Assembly: GCA_044376115.1 (NCBI GenBank) | Contig: JBILLK010000004.1 | Location: 160,001 to 224,000 of the forward strand | DNA: 64,000 nucleotides | Reading direction: 5' to 3' | Source: Polyangiaceae bacterium | GTDB taxonomy: Bacteria; Myxococcota_A; Polyangia; Polyangiales; Polyangiaceae | Shown: piece by piece, positions 41,675-50,903 of the stretch | Position numbering within the stretch: the stretch's first letter is position 1 | Layout of the letters: every line of letters starts with the position of its first letter | Position numbers and translations under genes: made by a program | Notes under the pieces: generated by a model | Told to the model about the DNA's origin: nothing | The model's input: only the letters and a program-made list of their open reading frames with translations | Database searches by the model: none

Positions 41675-41760
41675 CGCGAGGGGCGCACAACCTTGGTGGT
41701 GCGCCCTTCGCGAAAGCTCAGCTGTCGCTGTTCTGGGGAGAGCGACCTCTCCCCAGAACA
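41675..41760. repeat. Two tandem inverted repeats between the aglR-like and aglQ-like genes
   Basis: CGCGAGGGGCGCAC/GTGCGCCCTTCGCG (41675-41712) and perfect 14-bp TGTTCTGGGGAGAG-CGAC-CTCTCCCCAGAACA (41729-41760). Confidence 0.85.
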
Positions 41761-41769
41761 CCCGACGAA

Positions 41770-42414
41770 TCACGCCTGCTGAGCGTTGACGTTGACCTTC
41801 TGACGATTGCCCACCACGAGGTTGAGCACTCGAACCGAGGCCTCGTTGATGTCGTCTTCGATCGACTGGGTCTGGCCATTGAGAATGGCGAAACCAATCA
41901 AACCGAACACGGCTACGGCCAAGCCGAACGCGGTGCAGTGCATGGCCTCCGAGATGCCTTGAGCGAGAATCGTAGCCTTCTGGCTCGGGTCGATCGACTG
42001 ACCGGCGACCGAAGCGAAGGATTTGATGAGACCCATCACGGTGCCGAACAGTGCGGCCAACATAGCGATGTTGGACAGCAGTGCGAGGTACGGCGTGCGG
42101 GCCGCAATCTTCGGAATCTCGTGAAGGGCAGCCTCGTCCATGGCGGCCTGAACCTCATCGTCCGGACGGTTCACCTTCACGAGACCAGCCTGGACAATCC
42201 GCGCCAGCGGAACGTTTGCGGCAGAACACATCTTGACCGCTTTCGGGATGTCGCCAGCGAGAATGCACTTCTGCATGGTCGCCAAGAACACGTCGCGGTT
42301 GATGGAGGCGCTGTAGAGAAAGATCGCGCGCTCGATCATGATTCCAAGGATGAACATCGAGCAGATCCCGATGGGGATCATGCCCCAGCCGCCCTCTTTA
42401 AAAAACTCCCACAT
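41770..42414 (-). CDS. aglR: MotA/TolQ/ExbB proton channel, AglR-like
   Basis: GWGMIPI..IERA..ASIN, VQAAMDEA, GTVMGLI, KATILAQGISEAMHCTAFGL, DINEASV.VLNL. Confidence 0.75.
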   Translation of the reverse strand: MWEFFKEGGWGMIPIGICSMFILGIMIERAIFLYSASINRDVFLATMQKCILAGDIPKAVKMCSAANVPLARIVQAGLVKVNRPDDEVQAAMDEAALHEIPKIAARTPYLALLSNIAMLAALFGTVMGLIKSFASVAGQSIDPSQKATILAQGISEAMHCTAFGLAVAVFGLIGFAILNGQTQSIEDDINEASVRVLNLVVGNRQKVNVNAQQA

Positions 42415-42619
42415 TGTTGTCCTCCGACTCGCTCCACCCGAGGCCCGGTCATCCGGGGCGCTCACAATCCGCTTGCGACTGGCAAGCGAATTACTAGATC
42501 GATTGTTGCTGCGCTTGTTTTGTAAGAGCCTTGGCCCTTAAGGAAACCTGTCTTCGTCCCGTCCAGCGCTGTGGTGAGCGCTACGCGCTCTGCAGACTGG
42601 ATGGTCCGATGGGCGCGAG

Positions 42620-42649
42620 ACGCTAGCTGAGCGTCCCGTGCAGGCGCAA
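42620..42649 (-). promoter_or_regulatory. Possible sigma70-type promoter for the aglR-like operon
   Basis: TTGCGC-18 nt-TAGCGT on the minus strand. Confidence 0.35.
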
Positions 42650-42939
42650 GAGTTTAGGTTGGAGATTTTGGTTTTGATCCGCTCCAACCGGTGAGATGGA
42701 CCGAAGCCCGCCTACACCTCGCCGCGCGACCTGCGGGCCCAAGAAAAGCGTCGACATCTTTGCGAGTGCGACCCGCCAACGTCAACAAAGATTTGGCATC
42801 TTCTGCTCAATTCCAAAGATTCTTGCGCTTCGTATCACAGCATCGAAACTTTACGGTGGAGCAGGAACTCGGCCGCAATTTGAAAGCGCAACTCAAAGCT
42901 TCTTGCGGCCTCCTTCAAAAAGCAGGCGTGTTCCTCCAC

Positions 42940-42969
42940 TTGCACAAGCTTTCGCCAGACCGCTATAGT
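42940..42969 (+). promoter_or_regulatory. Possible sigma70-type promoter for the second motor operon
   Basis: TTGCAC-18 nt-TATAGT. Confidence 0.5.
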
Positions 42970-43046
42970 CCCACCGGTCTTGAAACAACGCCTGCCATTT
43001 AACTCGAGCTCACGCAGCTAGGTGGGCGCAGAAAGGATCCTTGGGG

Positions 43047-43721
43047 ATGCGTCATCTCTTGATGTTGGCCTCTGAAGGCGGGGGCGCGAGCCTCGGCGAC
43101 GCGATTCGCGAAAACCCGTACTTCATCGTCCTCAATATCATCGTGTCCGCGATCGTCGTTGCGATCGTCATTGAACGCGTTTTGTTCCAGGTTCGACGCT
43201 ACGGCGTCAACGCGAAGGAATTTTTTGGACAGGTAAAAAAACTTGTGGTCGCGAACAACATCGACCGCGCCATTAAACTCTGCGAGGCGAGCGACTACCC
43301 CGTTCTGCAACTCGTCAAAGCTGGGCTCACGCACGCCAACAAGGGTGCAGATGAGATCGATGCAGCTCTGAACGAGAAGCTGTCGGAGCTCAAGCCGCAG
43401 GTCGACAAGCGCGTAGGTGTACTCTGGTCCCTCGCAAACATCGCAACGCTGATCGGCCTGGTTGGAACCGTCTCGGGTCTAATCGGAACGTTCGGTGCGA
43501 TCGCTGCTGAAGGTCTCTCGCCTGCCAAGAAGCAAGCGATGCTCTCCGCAGGTATCGCCGAAGCGATGTACAACACTCTCTTTGGCTTGGGCATCGCGGT
43601 TATCTGCATGATCGCCCACGTGTTCATTCAGACCCGCGCCAAGTCGATCAACCACGAGCTGGACTCGATCACGGAGCGAGTTTTCAACTTGCTCACTGTC
43701 AGCAACAAGGGCTCGTACTGA
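43047..43721 (+). CDS. MotA/TolQ/ExbB proton channel protein
   Basis: ANIATLIGLVGTVSGLI, GIAEAMYNTLFGL; AAAGGA RBS. Confidence 0.9.
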   Translation: MRHLLMLASEGGGASLGDAIRENPYFIVLNIIVSAIVVAIVIERVLFQVRRYGVNAKEFFGQVKKLVVANNIDRAIKLCEASDYPVLQLVKAGLTHANKGADEIDAALNEKLSELKPQVDKRVGVLWSLANIATLIGLVGTVSGLIGTFGAIAAEGLSPAKKQAMLSAGIAEAMYNTLFGLGIAVICMIAHVFIQTRAKSINHELDSITERVFNLLTVSNKGSY

Positions 43722-43726
43722 GTTCC

Positions 43727-44308
43727 ATGGCGTCGGCGACTCAGTCTGAAGGAGGATCGCTCTCGGCTGCGCAGCGTTCGAAGATTCGACGCCTATCGCA
43801 GCCGAGGGAGCCGGATCCTGGCGAGGAAAGTGGCGAGCTCAACATCGTCCCTTACCTCGACATCATCATGAACGTACTCGTGTTCGTACTTGCGAGCGTG
43901 AGCGTGACGTTCCTAACTCAGCTCGACACCTCCCCTCCCGCGATCAGCGGCAAAACCAAAACAGCCGAGAACAAGGAGGCGCTTAACCTCACGGTGCTCA
44001 TCACCGATGAGGGCGTCGCCTTCAAGACGAGCTTTGGAGCCATCGCAACGGGCTGCAAAGGAACCGGTCGCGGCATGACCATCCCAACCACGAGCGGCAA
44101 GAAGGAGTACGATCTCGCCGCCGTTAAGGCCTGCGCTCGTCAGCTGAAGAGCCAGGCCGGTGATGGGCGTTTTGAGGAGGAAACCCAGGTGACCGTCACC
44201 GCATCCCGAGACATTGAGTACAAGTACTTGGTGGCGGTTCTCGACGCGATCCGCAGCGACGAACAAGGTGAGCTCTTTCCTGAGTTCCACCTGGGCGTTT
44301 CAAAGTGA
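43727..44308 (+). CDS. ExbD/TolR family protein
   Basis: ELNIVPYLDIIMNVLVF; YKYLVAVLDA; LFP. Confidence 0.9.
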   Translation: MASATQSEGGSLSAAQRSKIRRLSQPREPDPGEESGELNIVPYLDIIMNVLVFVLASVSVTFLTQLDTSPPAISGKTKTAENKEALNLTVLITDEGVAFKTSFGAIATGCKGTGRGMTIPTTSGKKEYDLAAVKACARQLKSQAGDGRFEEETQVTVTASRDIEYKYLVAVLDAIRSDEQGELFPEFHLGVSK

Positions 44309-44320
44309 GGACGGCTAGCC

Positions 44321-44938
44321 ATGAGTGATTCCAAAGCACCCGGGGCGTCGAGCCGCCCCGCGCCTCCGAAGGCGAGCTTGGCCGTGTTCAAAGCGGCGTT
44401 GCGCAAGTCCAAACGGCGCAACGAGCGAGAGCACGAGATCGACTTCTTGAACATCACCGCGATGCTCGATCTCATGACCATCGTGCTGGTGTTCGTGCTC
44501 AAGAGCTTGGCCGCTAGCACGACCAGCATCCCTCAGAATGAAGACCTTCAGCTGCCGGCCAGCGTTTTGGCCGTAGAGCCTGGCGAAGAAGGCGTCATCA
44601 TTCGTATCTCCAAGACGCAGATCTCGGTCGGCGATGAAGAAGAACCGATCGTCGAGTACTCCGATTCGCGCCAACTCGGTCAGACCGGCCTCGATGCGCG
44701 TCACAAGCGCAACGGCCCGAACGATCTTTACATCAACCCGCTCGCGTTGGTTCTTCAGAAGTATCGCGAGAATGACCGTCAGATTCGACTGCAAACCAAG
44801 AAGGACGCGTCCACCTCGGAAGCCATCATCGTGGCCGACGAAGACACTCCCTACCGGTTGCTGTTCGAGGTTCTCTACACGGCTGGCCAGTGCGAATTCG
44901 GCAAGTACCACTTGCTCATGCGCACCGGAAAGAAGTGA
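44321..44938 (+). CDS. ExbD/TolR family protein
   Basis: LNITAMLDLMTIVLVFVLKS; ADEDTPYRLLFEVLYTA. Confidence 0.9.
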   Translation: MSDSKAPGASSRPAPPKASLAVFKAALRKSKRRNEREHEIDFLNITAMLDLMTIVLVFVLKSLAASTTSIPQNEDLQLPASVLAVEPGEEGVIIRISKTQISVGDEEEPIVEYSDSRQLGQTGLDARHKRNGPNDLYINPLALVLQKYRENDRQIRLQTKKDASTSEAIIVADEDTPYRLLFEVLYTAGQCEFGKYHLLMRTGKK

Positions 44939-44989
44939 TTGCGGATGCCCCGCCTCCTCCCCGCGGAGCCATAGAACCGCGGGGGTGAG

Positions 44990-46417
44990 TTGAATCGGTT
45001 TACGTTTCGAGAAAAGCTGGTCGCGAGTCACTTCGGTTTAGTGCTCGTGGCCTTTTTTCTTGTGGCCATTCTGCTCGAGCGCTCGTTGGCCGCCGACCTC
45101 GAGGCAGAACGTGACCAGCGTCTGCTCGAGCAGGCTCGCGGAGCCGGAGATTGGGTTAGCTCGACGCGCCACCCCAACCGCGTTGCGGGGCGATTAGCGC
45201 AAGTGGTCCAGTCGGAGGTGGTGATTTTCGACCGCGACAACTGCATCGTTGGGTCCTCGGTTCCCGACGCCGATCCACTGACTGAAGGCACGCCGTGTGT
45301 GGCGCCTGAAGAGGTGATCGATGCCCGTGCGCTCGGGCGCGGCTCGGTGGAGCGGATGCGCGCCGGCGATCGCATGCACTACGTCGCGATCCCTTCTGCT
45401 GATGGTTTGGTCGTCCGCTTGGCCCGTTCGAGTCGGGACATTGAAGGGCCGCTGGGCGAGATGCGCCTGCGACTTGCCATCGCGATGGTGGTAGCGTTGG
45501 TGCTCGCTCTCGGCCTCGCGCTGTTGGCGTCCCGCTTGGTAGCAAGGCCGTTGCGAGCAATGGCGCTCGAGGCGTCGCGTATTGCACAGGGCGACTATGA
45601 GCCGCATTTTCCGTCTTTGCCGAAGGATGAGTTCGGCCAACTCGCGGGCGTACTTTCGGCCTTGGCTCAAACCCTCAAGGCCGACCTCGAGCGAATCAGC
45701 AAACTGGAGCTCACTCGACGCGACTTTGTAGCGAACGTCACTCACGAGCTGAGGACCCCCGTAGCGGCCATCCAAGGTTGCGCAGAAACCCTGATGAACG
45801 GCGCGCTCGATCGTGAACAGCAGCTTCACTTTGTGCAGCTGCTTCACAAACACGCCCAGCGAATACACGCCTTGGTGGAGGGCTTGCTGCAGCTCTCCAA
45901 GATCGAAGCCGAGCCGCGCGCAGACGTTCCGCGTGAGCCGCTCGACGTGTACGTGGTTGCCGCCAACGTTCTCGAAACAATGTCGGCAAAAGCGGCTGCC
46001 CGCAGAGTGAAGCTCGAGAACGCAGTGCCGCCCGGCCTACAGATTTTCGGCGATGAAACGCGGTTGGAGCAGGTGTTCGAGAATCTCGTGGAGAACGCCA
46101 TCAAGTACGGTCGCGACAAGGGCGTGATTCGTTTGACCGCCGAGGCGGATGAAAAGCGTGTGGTGATTGCTATCTCGGACGACGGGCCTGGCATTGAAGC
46201 GGTTCACCTGCCTCGCGTCTTCGAGCGGTTTTACCGCATCGACTCGGGGCGGAGCCGAGACCGCGGAGGCGCCGGGTTGGGGCTCGCCATCGTCAAACAC
46301 CTTGTCGAGTCGATGGGGGGAGCGATCGCTGTCACGAGCGACCACGGCGCGACCTTCACGCTAACGTTTCCGCGAGAACCTGGCGGGCCTGCGTCTCGCA
46401 GGGCGATCGCTTCGTGA
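44990..46417 (+). CDS. Sensor histidine kinase (2 TM, HAMP, HisKA, HATPase; PhoR-like)
   Basis: DFVANVTHELRTP, NLVENAIKY, DDGPGI, FERFYR, GAGLGLAI. Confidence 0.95.
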   Translation: MNRFTFREKLVASHFGLVLVAFFLVAILLERSLAADLEAERDQRLLEQARGAGDWVSSTRHPNRVAGRLAQVVQSEVVIFDRDNCIVGSSVPDADPLTEGTPCVAPEEVIDARALGRGSVERMRAGDRMHYVAIPSADGLVVRLARSSRDIEGPLGEMRLRLAIAMVVALVLALGLALLASRLVARPLRAMALEASRIAQGDYEPHFPSLPKDEFGQLAGVLSALAQTLKADLERISKLELTRRDFVANVTHELRTPVAAIQGCAETLMNGALDREQQLHFVQLLHKHAQRIHALVEGLLQLSKIEAEPRADVPREPLDVYVVAANVLETMSAKAAARRVKLENAVPPGLQIFGDETRLEQVFENLVENAIKYGRDKGVIRLTAEADEKRVVIAISDDGPGIEAVHLPRVFERFYRIDSGRSRDRGGAGLGLAIVKHLVESMGGAIAVTSDHGATFTLTFPREPGGPASRRAIAS

Positions 46418-46476
46418 CGAAATTCTGACCGACCGTGACCCCAATACAACGTGGTCGCGAGCATGCTGCGCCGGGT

Positions 46477-47274
46477 ATGGCGATCGTCCTCTCGTTCTTT
46501 ATCGGCCACTGGCTGCTGTCCGTCTTCATGCAGACCTTCTTCCTGCATCGCTACGGCGCCCACCGCATGTTCTCGATGTCGCCTCGGGCTGAGCGCGTCT
46601 TTCACTTTTTGACCTTCCTGTTTCAGGGGTCGAGCTACTTGAACCCGCGCGGCTACGCGATCTTGCATCGCGAACACCACGCCTACTCGGATGGTCCCCA
46701 GGACCCGCATTCGCCGCACTCATCGAACGGTTTCGTCGACATGAACGTCAAGACCGCGACTCGCTACGCAGGCTTGTGGTCTGGCAGCATCCAGCCAGAG
46801 GAGCGATTCACGGGCGGTTACCCGAGCTGGCCGGCGTTGGAGAAGGTCGGGGATTCGTGGCTCACGCGGCTCGCTTTCGGCGCCGCCTACGCGATTCCCT
46901 ACATCCTCTGGGCGCCGCACTGGGCGTTCTTTGCCCTGCTGCCCATGCACTGGTTCATGGGCCCGCTGCACGGTGCCATCGTCAATTGGTGCGGTCACAA
47001 GTACGGCTACAGGAACTTCTCGACCCGCGACAAGAGCCGCAACTCGCTGCCCTTCGACTTCGTGACGATGGGTGAACTGTTCCAGAACAACCACCACCGC
47101 TATGGCCAGGCCCTCAACTTCGCAGCGCGCTCCTGGGAGTTCGACCCGGCCTATTGGGTGATTCGCGTCTTCGCCGACATGGGCTGGGTACGCATCAGCA
47201 AAGAGCAGGAGATGCGGCTCGAGGAAGCCTACGTAGAGCCCGACGACGCTTCCCTTGCCGAAGGTGCGGAGTGA
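46477..47274 (+). CDS. Acyl-CoA/acyl-lipid fatty acid desaturase
   Basis: His boxes HRYGAH, HREHH, QNNHH. Confidence 0.9.
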   Translation: MAIVLSFFIGHWLLSVFMQTFFLHRYGAHRMFSMSPRAERVFHFLTFLFQGSSYLNPRGYAILHREHHAYSDGPQDPHSPHSSNGFVDMNVKTATRYAGLWSGSIQPEERFTGGYPSWPALEKVGDSWLTRLAFGAAYAIPYILWAPHWAFFALLPMHWFMGPLHGAIVNWCGHKYGYRNFSTRDKSRNSLPFDFVTMGELFQNNHHRYGQALNFAARSWEFDPAYWVIRVFADMGWVRISKEQEMRLEEAYVEPDDASLAEGAE

Positions 47275-47292
47275 CCCGTACGCTCTTAGGCG

Positions 47293-48597
47293 TTGCGCGC
47301 TGAGCCTCCTTCCGAAGACGCCCTCGAGGGGACGGTCCTAGCCGATACCTACAGCATTCACCGCAAGCTGTCCGCTGGTGGGATGGGGGTCGTGTACGAG
47401 GCGGAACACCTCATCACTCGGCGCAAAGTAGCGATCAAGCTGTTGCGCGCCGAGTTGGTTGAGCGCCGCGAGGTGCGCGAGCGAGTGCTTCGCGAGGCCC
47501 GGCTGATGGCCTCGCTGCGCAGTCCGCACGTCGTGGAGGTGTTTGACGCAGGGGTCGGCCCGACCGGTTCGCCGTTTCTCGTAATGGAGCGGCTCGTTGG
47601 TCGAGACTTGCGCTCGGTTCTCGCCGACAAAGGCACCCTCCCGATCGACGAGGCGGTACACTTGGCGCGCCAAGTTTGTGTCGGGCTAGCCCATGTGCAC
47701 GAGCACGGAATCGTGCACCGCGATCTGAAGCCCGCCAACCTGTTCCTGGCCGAGACGGATCACGGGCCGGAGCTGAAGATCCTCGATTTTGGCGTTTCAA
47801 AACTCGATAGCCCGCTCGAGCACACGCTCACCTCGCCCGAGCTCGTCCTTGGCTCGCCCCACTATATGGCGCCGGAACAGCTCGAGGCGTCTCACTCTGC
47901 CGACGCTCGATCGGATTTGTGGTCGGTGGGCGTCCTTCTCTATCGCATGATCAGCGGCGGCTTTCCGCTGGGCGGGCAGCACGCAGGGGACGTACTGGTG
48001 TCGCTCTTGAGGGATACGCCGCGTCGCTTGCTCGATGTTGTGCCCAATCTAGATCCGGCTCTCTCCGAGATCGTCAGTCGCTGTTTGGAGCGCAACCCTG
48101 CCCTGCGCTACCAATCGGCGCGCGAGCTGGAGTTGGACCTCGCGCAACAAGCGCCTGTTCCCACCTCGACGACGGCCCCTGTGAGTGAGCCGCGCGAGCC
48201 GACCCCAGCGCCGGCACTACCTGCAACGAGCGTCGAGCTGACACCGCCACCCGCGCCCAGCTCACAACCAGCAGTCGAGCTAGCGATACCGGGTAACGCC
48301 AAACGCCTTCGAGTCCTTGCCGTGGGCGGCGTTGCTCTCGCGTTCGTCCTGGTTGGCCTTTCCTTCTACGTTGGCTACCAATGGCGTGGAGCGCCAACCC
48401 CTGCCCTTCCCGTGACTGCGCCCATTCCAGCGAAGTCGGCGGAGCTTGGGCCAATGGATGCTCCAGCCAGCGTAGCGACAACCGCGAGCGCCGCGCCATC
48501 GAGCGTGGCGACCTCGAGCGCCAGCGTCGAGAAGCCAGCCTCCGCTAACCGACCGCGCCCGCGACCGGTGCAGGATCTGTACAACGACCGGCTCTGA
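47293..48597 (+). CDS. Membrane Ser/Thr protein kinase
   Basis: GGMGVVY, VAIK, HRDLKPAN, DFG, APE; TM helix; Pro/Ala tail. Confidence 0.95.
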   Translation: MRAEPPSEDALEGTVLADTYSIHRKLSAGGMGVVYEAEHLITRRKVAIKLLRAELVERREVRERVLREARLMASLRSPHVVEVFDAGVGPTGSPFLVMERLVGRDLRSVLADKGTLPIDEAVHLARQVCVGLAHVHEHGIVHRDLKPANLFLAETDHGPELKILDFGVSKLDSPLEHTLTSPELVLGSPHYMAPEQLEASHSADARSDLWSVGVLLYRMISGGFPLGGQHAGDVLVSLLRDTPRRLLDVVPNLDPALSEIVSRCLERNPALRYQSARELELDLAQQAPVPTSTTAPVSEPREPTPAPALPATSVELTPPPAPSSQPAVELAIPGNAKRLRVLAVGGVALAFVLVGLSFYVGYQWRGAPTPALPVTAPIPAKSAELGPMDAPASVATTASAAPSSVATSSASVEKPASANRPRPRPVQDLYNDRL

Positions 48598-48690
48598 CCC
48601 CGACTTCGGGCCGCGAGTGACGTGTGTTAAAAGGGAGGTCGTTCGATGTCGACCGCTGCCCGCAGACTCGGCAATGTCCGAAGGAGCTCC

Positions 48691-49647
48691 GTGAGCGGGA
48701 AGGCGATCTTGTGCGCCACGATGGTGCTTGCGTTGGTCTGCGCCCTAATCAAAACGACCCCAGCGGAGGCAGCCAGCGCGCAAGAAAAAGCGCTGGCGGA
48801 GTCGCTGTTCAAGGAAGGCAAAGCGCTGCTGAGCAAGGACCCAACGAAGGCCTGCGAAAAGCTCGCCGAGAGCCAGCGGCTCGATCCAGCTTCGGGGACC
48901 GCGCTCAACCTCGCCGATTGTCAGGAGAAGCTTGGGCGTCTGGCCACAGCCTTCGGTACCTACCAAATCGCCGAGGAGTTGGCTCGCGAACGCAACAACA
49001 GCGCGCGCGTTGCGCTGATTAAAAAGAAGCTGAAGGCACTGGAGCCGAAGATCCCGCATTTGCGGCTGGTCGCCTCAACGCCACTGCCGGCGGGCGCGGT
49101 GCTCAGCTTGGACGGTACTACCTTGGGTGTCGCGGCGATCGGCACGCAGCTCGCGGTGGACCCCGGCAAACATCTGCTCGAGGTTCGGGCTGAAGGCTTT
49201 GAACCCTTCGCCAAAGAGCTGCAGATCGTTGAGGGCGCGAACAGCGAAGAGGAGTGCGGCCCGCTCAAGCGCTTGCCCGAGGCGCCGAAGCCGGAAGCAC
49301 CAAGGGCAACCTGGCCCCTGCCCGCTTTCGTGGCGACCGCAGGCGTTGCGGCCGTAGGGCTCGGTTTCGGGATTGGTAGCGGCGTGCGGGCCCTCGATTT
49401 GGGGGCGGTCGTTGCTGCTGAGTGTCCCGAGAACGCGTGTACGCCGGCCGGGCTCGACGCCCTTTCGGAGGGCAACCGCTTCGCGACCGTCTCCAACGTT
49501 GCGTTCGTCCTGGCAGGCGTATTTGGTGCGGCCGCGACCACGTTCCTGGTACTCGAGTTCGTGTTGCAACCCAATGAGGTGCAGCTCGAGGTCGGTCTGA
49601 GCGGTGGGCCATCGGAGATCGGCGGAACGATCGGTGGGTCGTTCTAG
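48691..49647 (+). CDS. TPR + PEGA domain secreted/envelope protein
   Basis: Signal peptide, LFKEG..AC.KL.ES..LDP..GT.LNLADC TPR, VDPGKH.LEV.AEG PEGA, C-terminal GGSF; start uncertain. Confidence 0.8.
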   Translation: MSGKAILCATMVLALVCALIKTTPAEAASAQEKALAESLFKEGKALLSKDPTKACEKLAESQRLDPASGTALNLADCQEKLGRLATAFGTYQIAEELARERNNSARVALIKKKLKALEPKIPHLRLVASTPLPAGAVLSLDGTTLGVAAIGTQLAVDPGKHLLEVRAEGFEPFAKELQIVEGANSEEECGPLKRLPEAPKPEAPRATWPLPAFVATAGVAAVGLGFGIGSGVRALDLGAVVAAECPENACTPAGLDALSEGNRFATVSNVAFVLAGVFGAAATTFLVLEFVLQPNEVQLEVGLSGGPSEIGGTIGGSF

Positions 49648-49687
49648 CGCGCACCTCGACGTTCGGATTCGGCTAAGCTTGCTTGGC

Positions 49688-50818
49688 TTGAAGTCGCGTT
49701 TTGCATGCTTGTTGCTCACCGTTGGCTGCCACGCCGTGGCCGGTCTCGAGGGCGATTTCGTCGCACAGGCCGGCGCTGGTGAAGGCGGCGCTGGCGCGAC
49801 CTCGGCCACCGGCGGCGGCGGAGAAGCGGGCGCTCCGCTGACCTGCGAGCTCGTGCTCCCGCCGGTAAAACCAGCCGCAGCCGACACCGGCACGAGCACC
49901 TTCACGGTGGCGGTGCGCAACGTTTACTTGGGCGAAGACGCAGAGGCCGTGCCCGGGTTCGATCTCGATGGGCGCTGCACCTGTAACGCGGAGGGGGATA
50001 TTGATCGAACGTTTGCGACGAGCTGCGCCGCTCCGCCGGGGGCGAGCGACGTCGACGCTTGCGACGCAGCCGGCGGCGTGGACACGCAAGCCGCAAAGCT
50101 GTTCAAGCAGCTCGGCGTCGCAGGCTTCGATAGCTCCAATATGTCGAACGGCGCCAACGACGGTGCCTGGTCCCTGCTGCTTCGGGTCGAGGGCTACAAC
50201 GAGCAAGCCGACGACTCGGAGGTGACCGTGAGCGCGTTCAACACCCTGCCCACCGACCCGCCGCTGTGGGACGGGCTCGACGAACTGCCTGTCGATCCGG
50301 AGTCGCTCGTCGACGGGACGTCGCTCGATCAGCCGAAGAACACGACGACCAAAGCCTATGTTGCCAACCACACGCTCGTCGTTTCACTGGAGGAGGCCGT
50401 GATCGTGCTGCGCGATCCCAACGGCTCCGCCTTACGAGTAGATCTCGATGGAGCCTTCTTCATCGCGACGATCGAGCCGACTGCAACGGGCCTTGGCCTC
50501 CGCAACGGGGTCGCCACAGGGAAGTGGCCCGCGAGCGAGCTCTTCAAGTCGTTCGACGACTTTCGCGTGGACCCAGTGGGAGCCATCTGCACCGACGATC
50601 CCACGTTCATCATTCTCCAAAAGAAGATTTGCGAGAGCCTCGATATCAACGCTGGCTCCCCCAACCCCGTCGAGACCTGCGATGCGCTTTCCTTCAGCAT
50701 CGCATTTGATGCAGATCCGGCTGTGGTCGGGGCACCCGTGACCGTGACGCAGCCTTCCGACGGCTGTCCGCCGGAGACCTTACCGTCGACCGCTTCGTGT
50801 TCCTTTCTAAGCAACTGA
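49688..50818 (+). CDS. Cys/Asp-rich lipoprotein
   Basis: TVGC lipobox, Gly linker, PGFDLDG..C..GGVD motif. Confidence 0.7.
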   Translation: MKSRFACLLLTVGCHAVAGLEGDFVAQAGAGEGGAGATSATGGGGEAGAPLTCELVLPPVKPAAADTGTSTFTVAVRNVYLGEDAEAVPGFDLDGRCTCNAEGDIDRTFATSCAAPPGASDVDACDAAGGVDTQAAKLFKQLGVAGFDSSNMSNGANDGAWSLLLRVEGYNEQADDSEVTVSAFNTLPTDPPLWDGLDELPVDPESLVDGTSLDQPKNTTTKAYVANHTLVVSLEEAVIVLRDPNGSALRVDLDGAFFIATIEPTATGLGLRNGVATGKWPASELFKSFDDFRVDPVGAICTDDPTFIILQKKICESLDINAGSPNPVETCDALSFSIAFDADPAVVGAPVTVTQPSDGCPPETLPSTASCSFLSN

Positions 50819-50840
50819 AAAGGTTGCACCGCCGCAAGCG

Positions 50841-50875
50841 AAAAACCGCCGAACGCCCGAAAGCGTCCGACGGTT
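50841..50875 (-). terminator. Intrinsic terminator downstream of the MCP gene
   Basis: Minus strand ACCGTCGGACGCT-TTCG-GGCGTTCGGCGGT followed by a U-tract. Confidence 0.75.
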
Positions 50876-50903
50876 CATCGAGGTTGGGACCTTTGGAGGC
50901 GCG

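Noticed and set aside
42793..42808. Sigma54 promoter TGGCATCTTCTGCT
   Set aside because: The GG-to-GC spacing is 8 nt instead of the required 10
38640..44938. Ordinary TonB-ExbBD iron uptake or Tol-Pal locus
   Set aside because: No tonB, receptor, tolA, tolB or pal gene, and two different ExbD-like genes per ExbB-like gene
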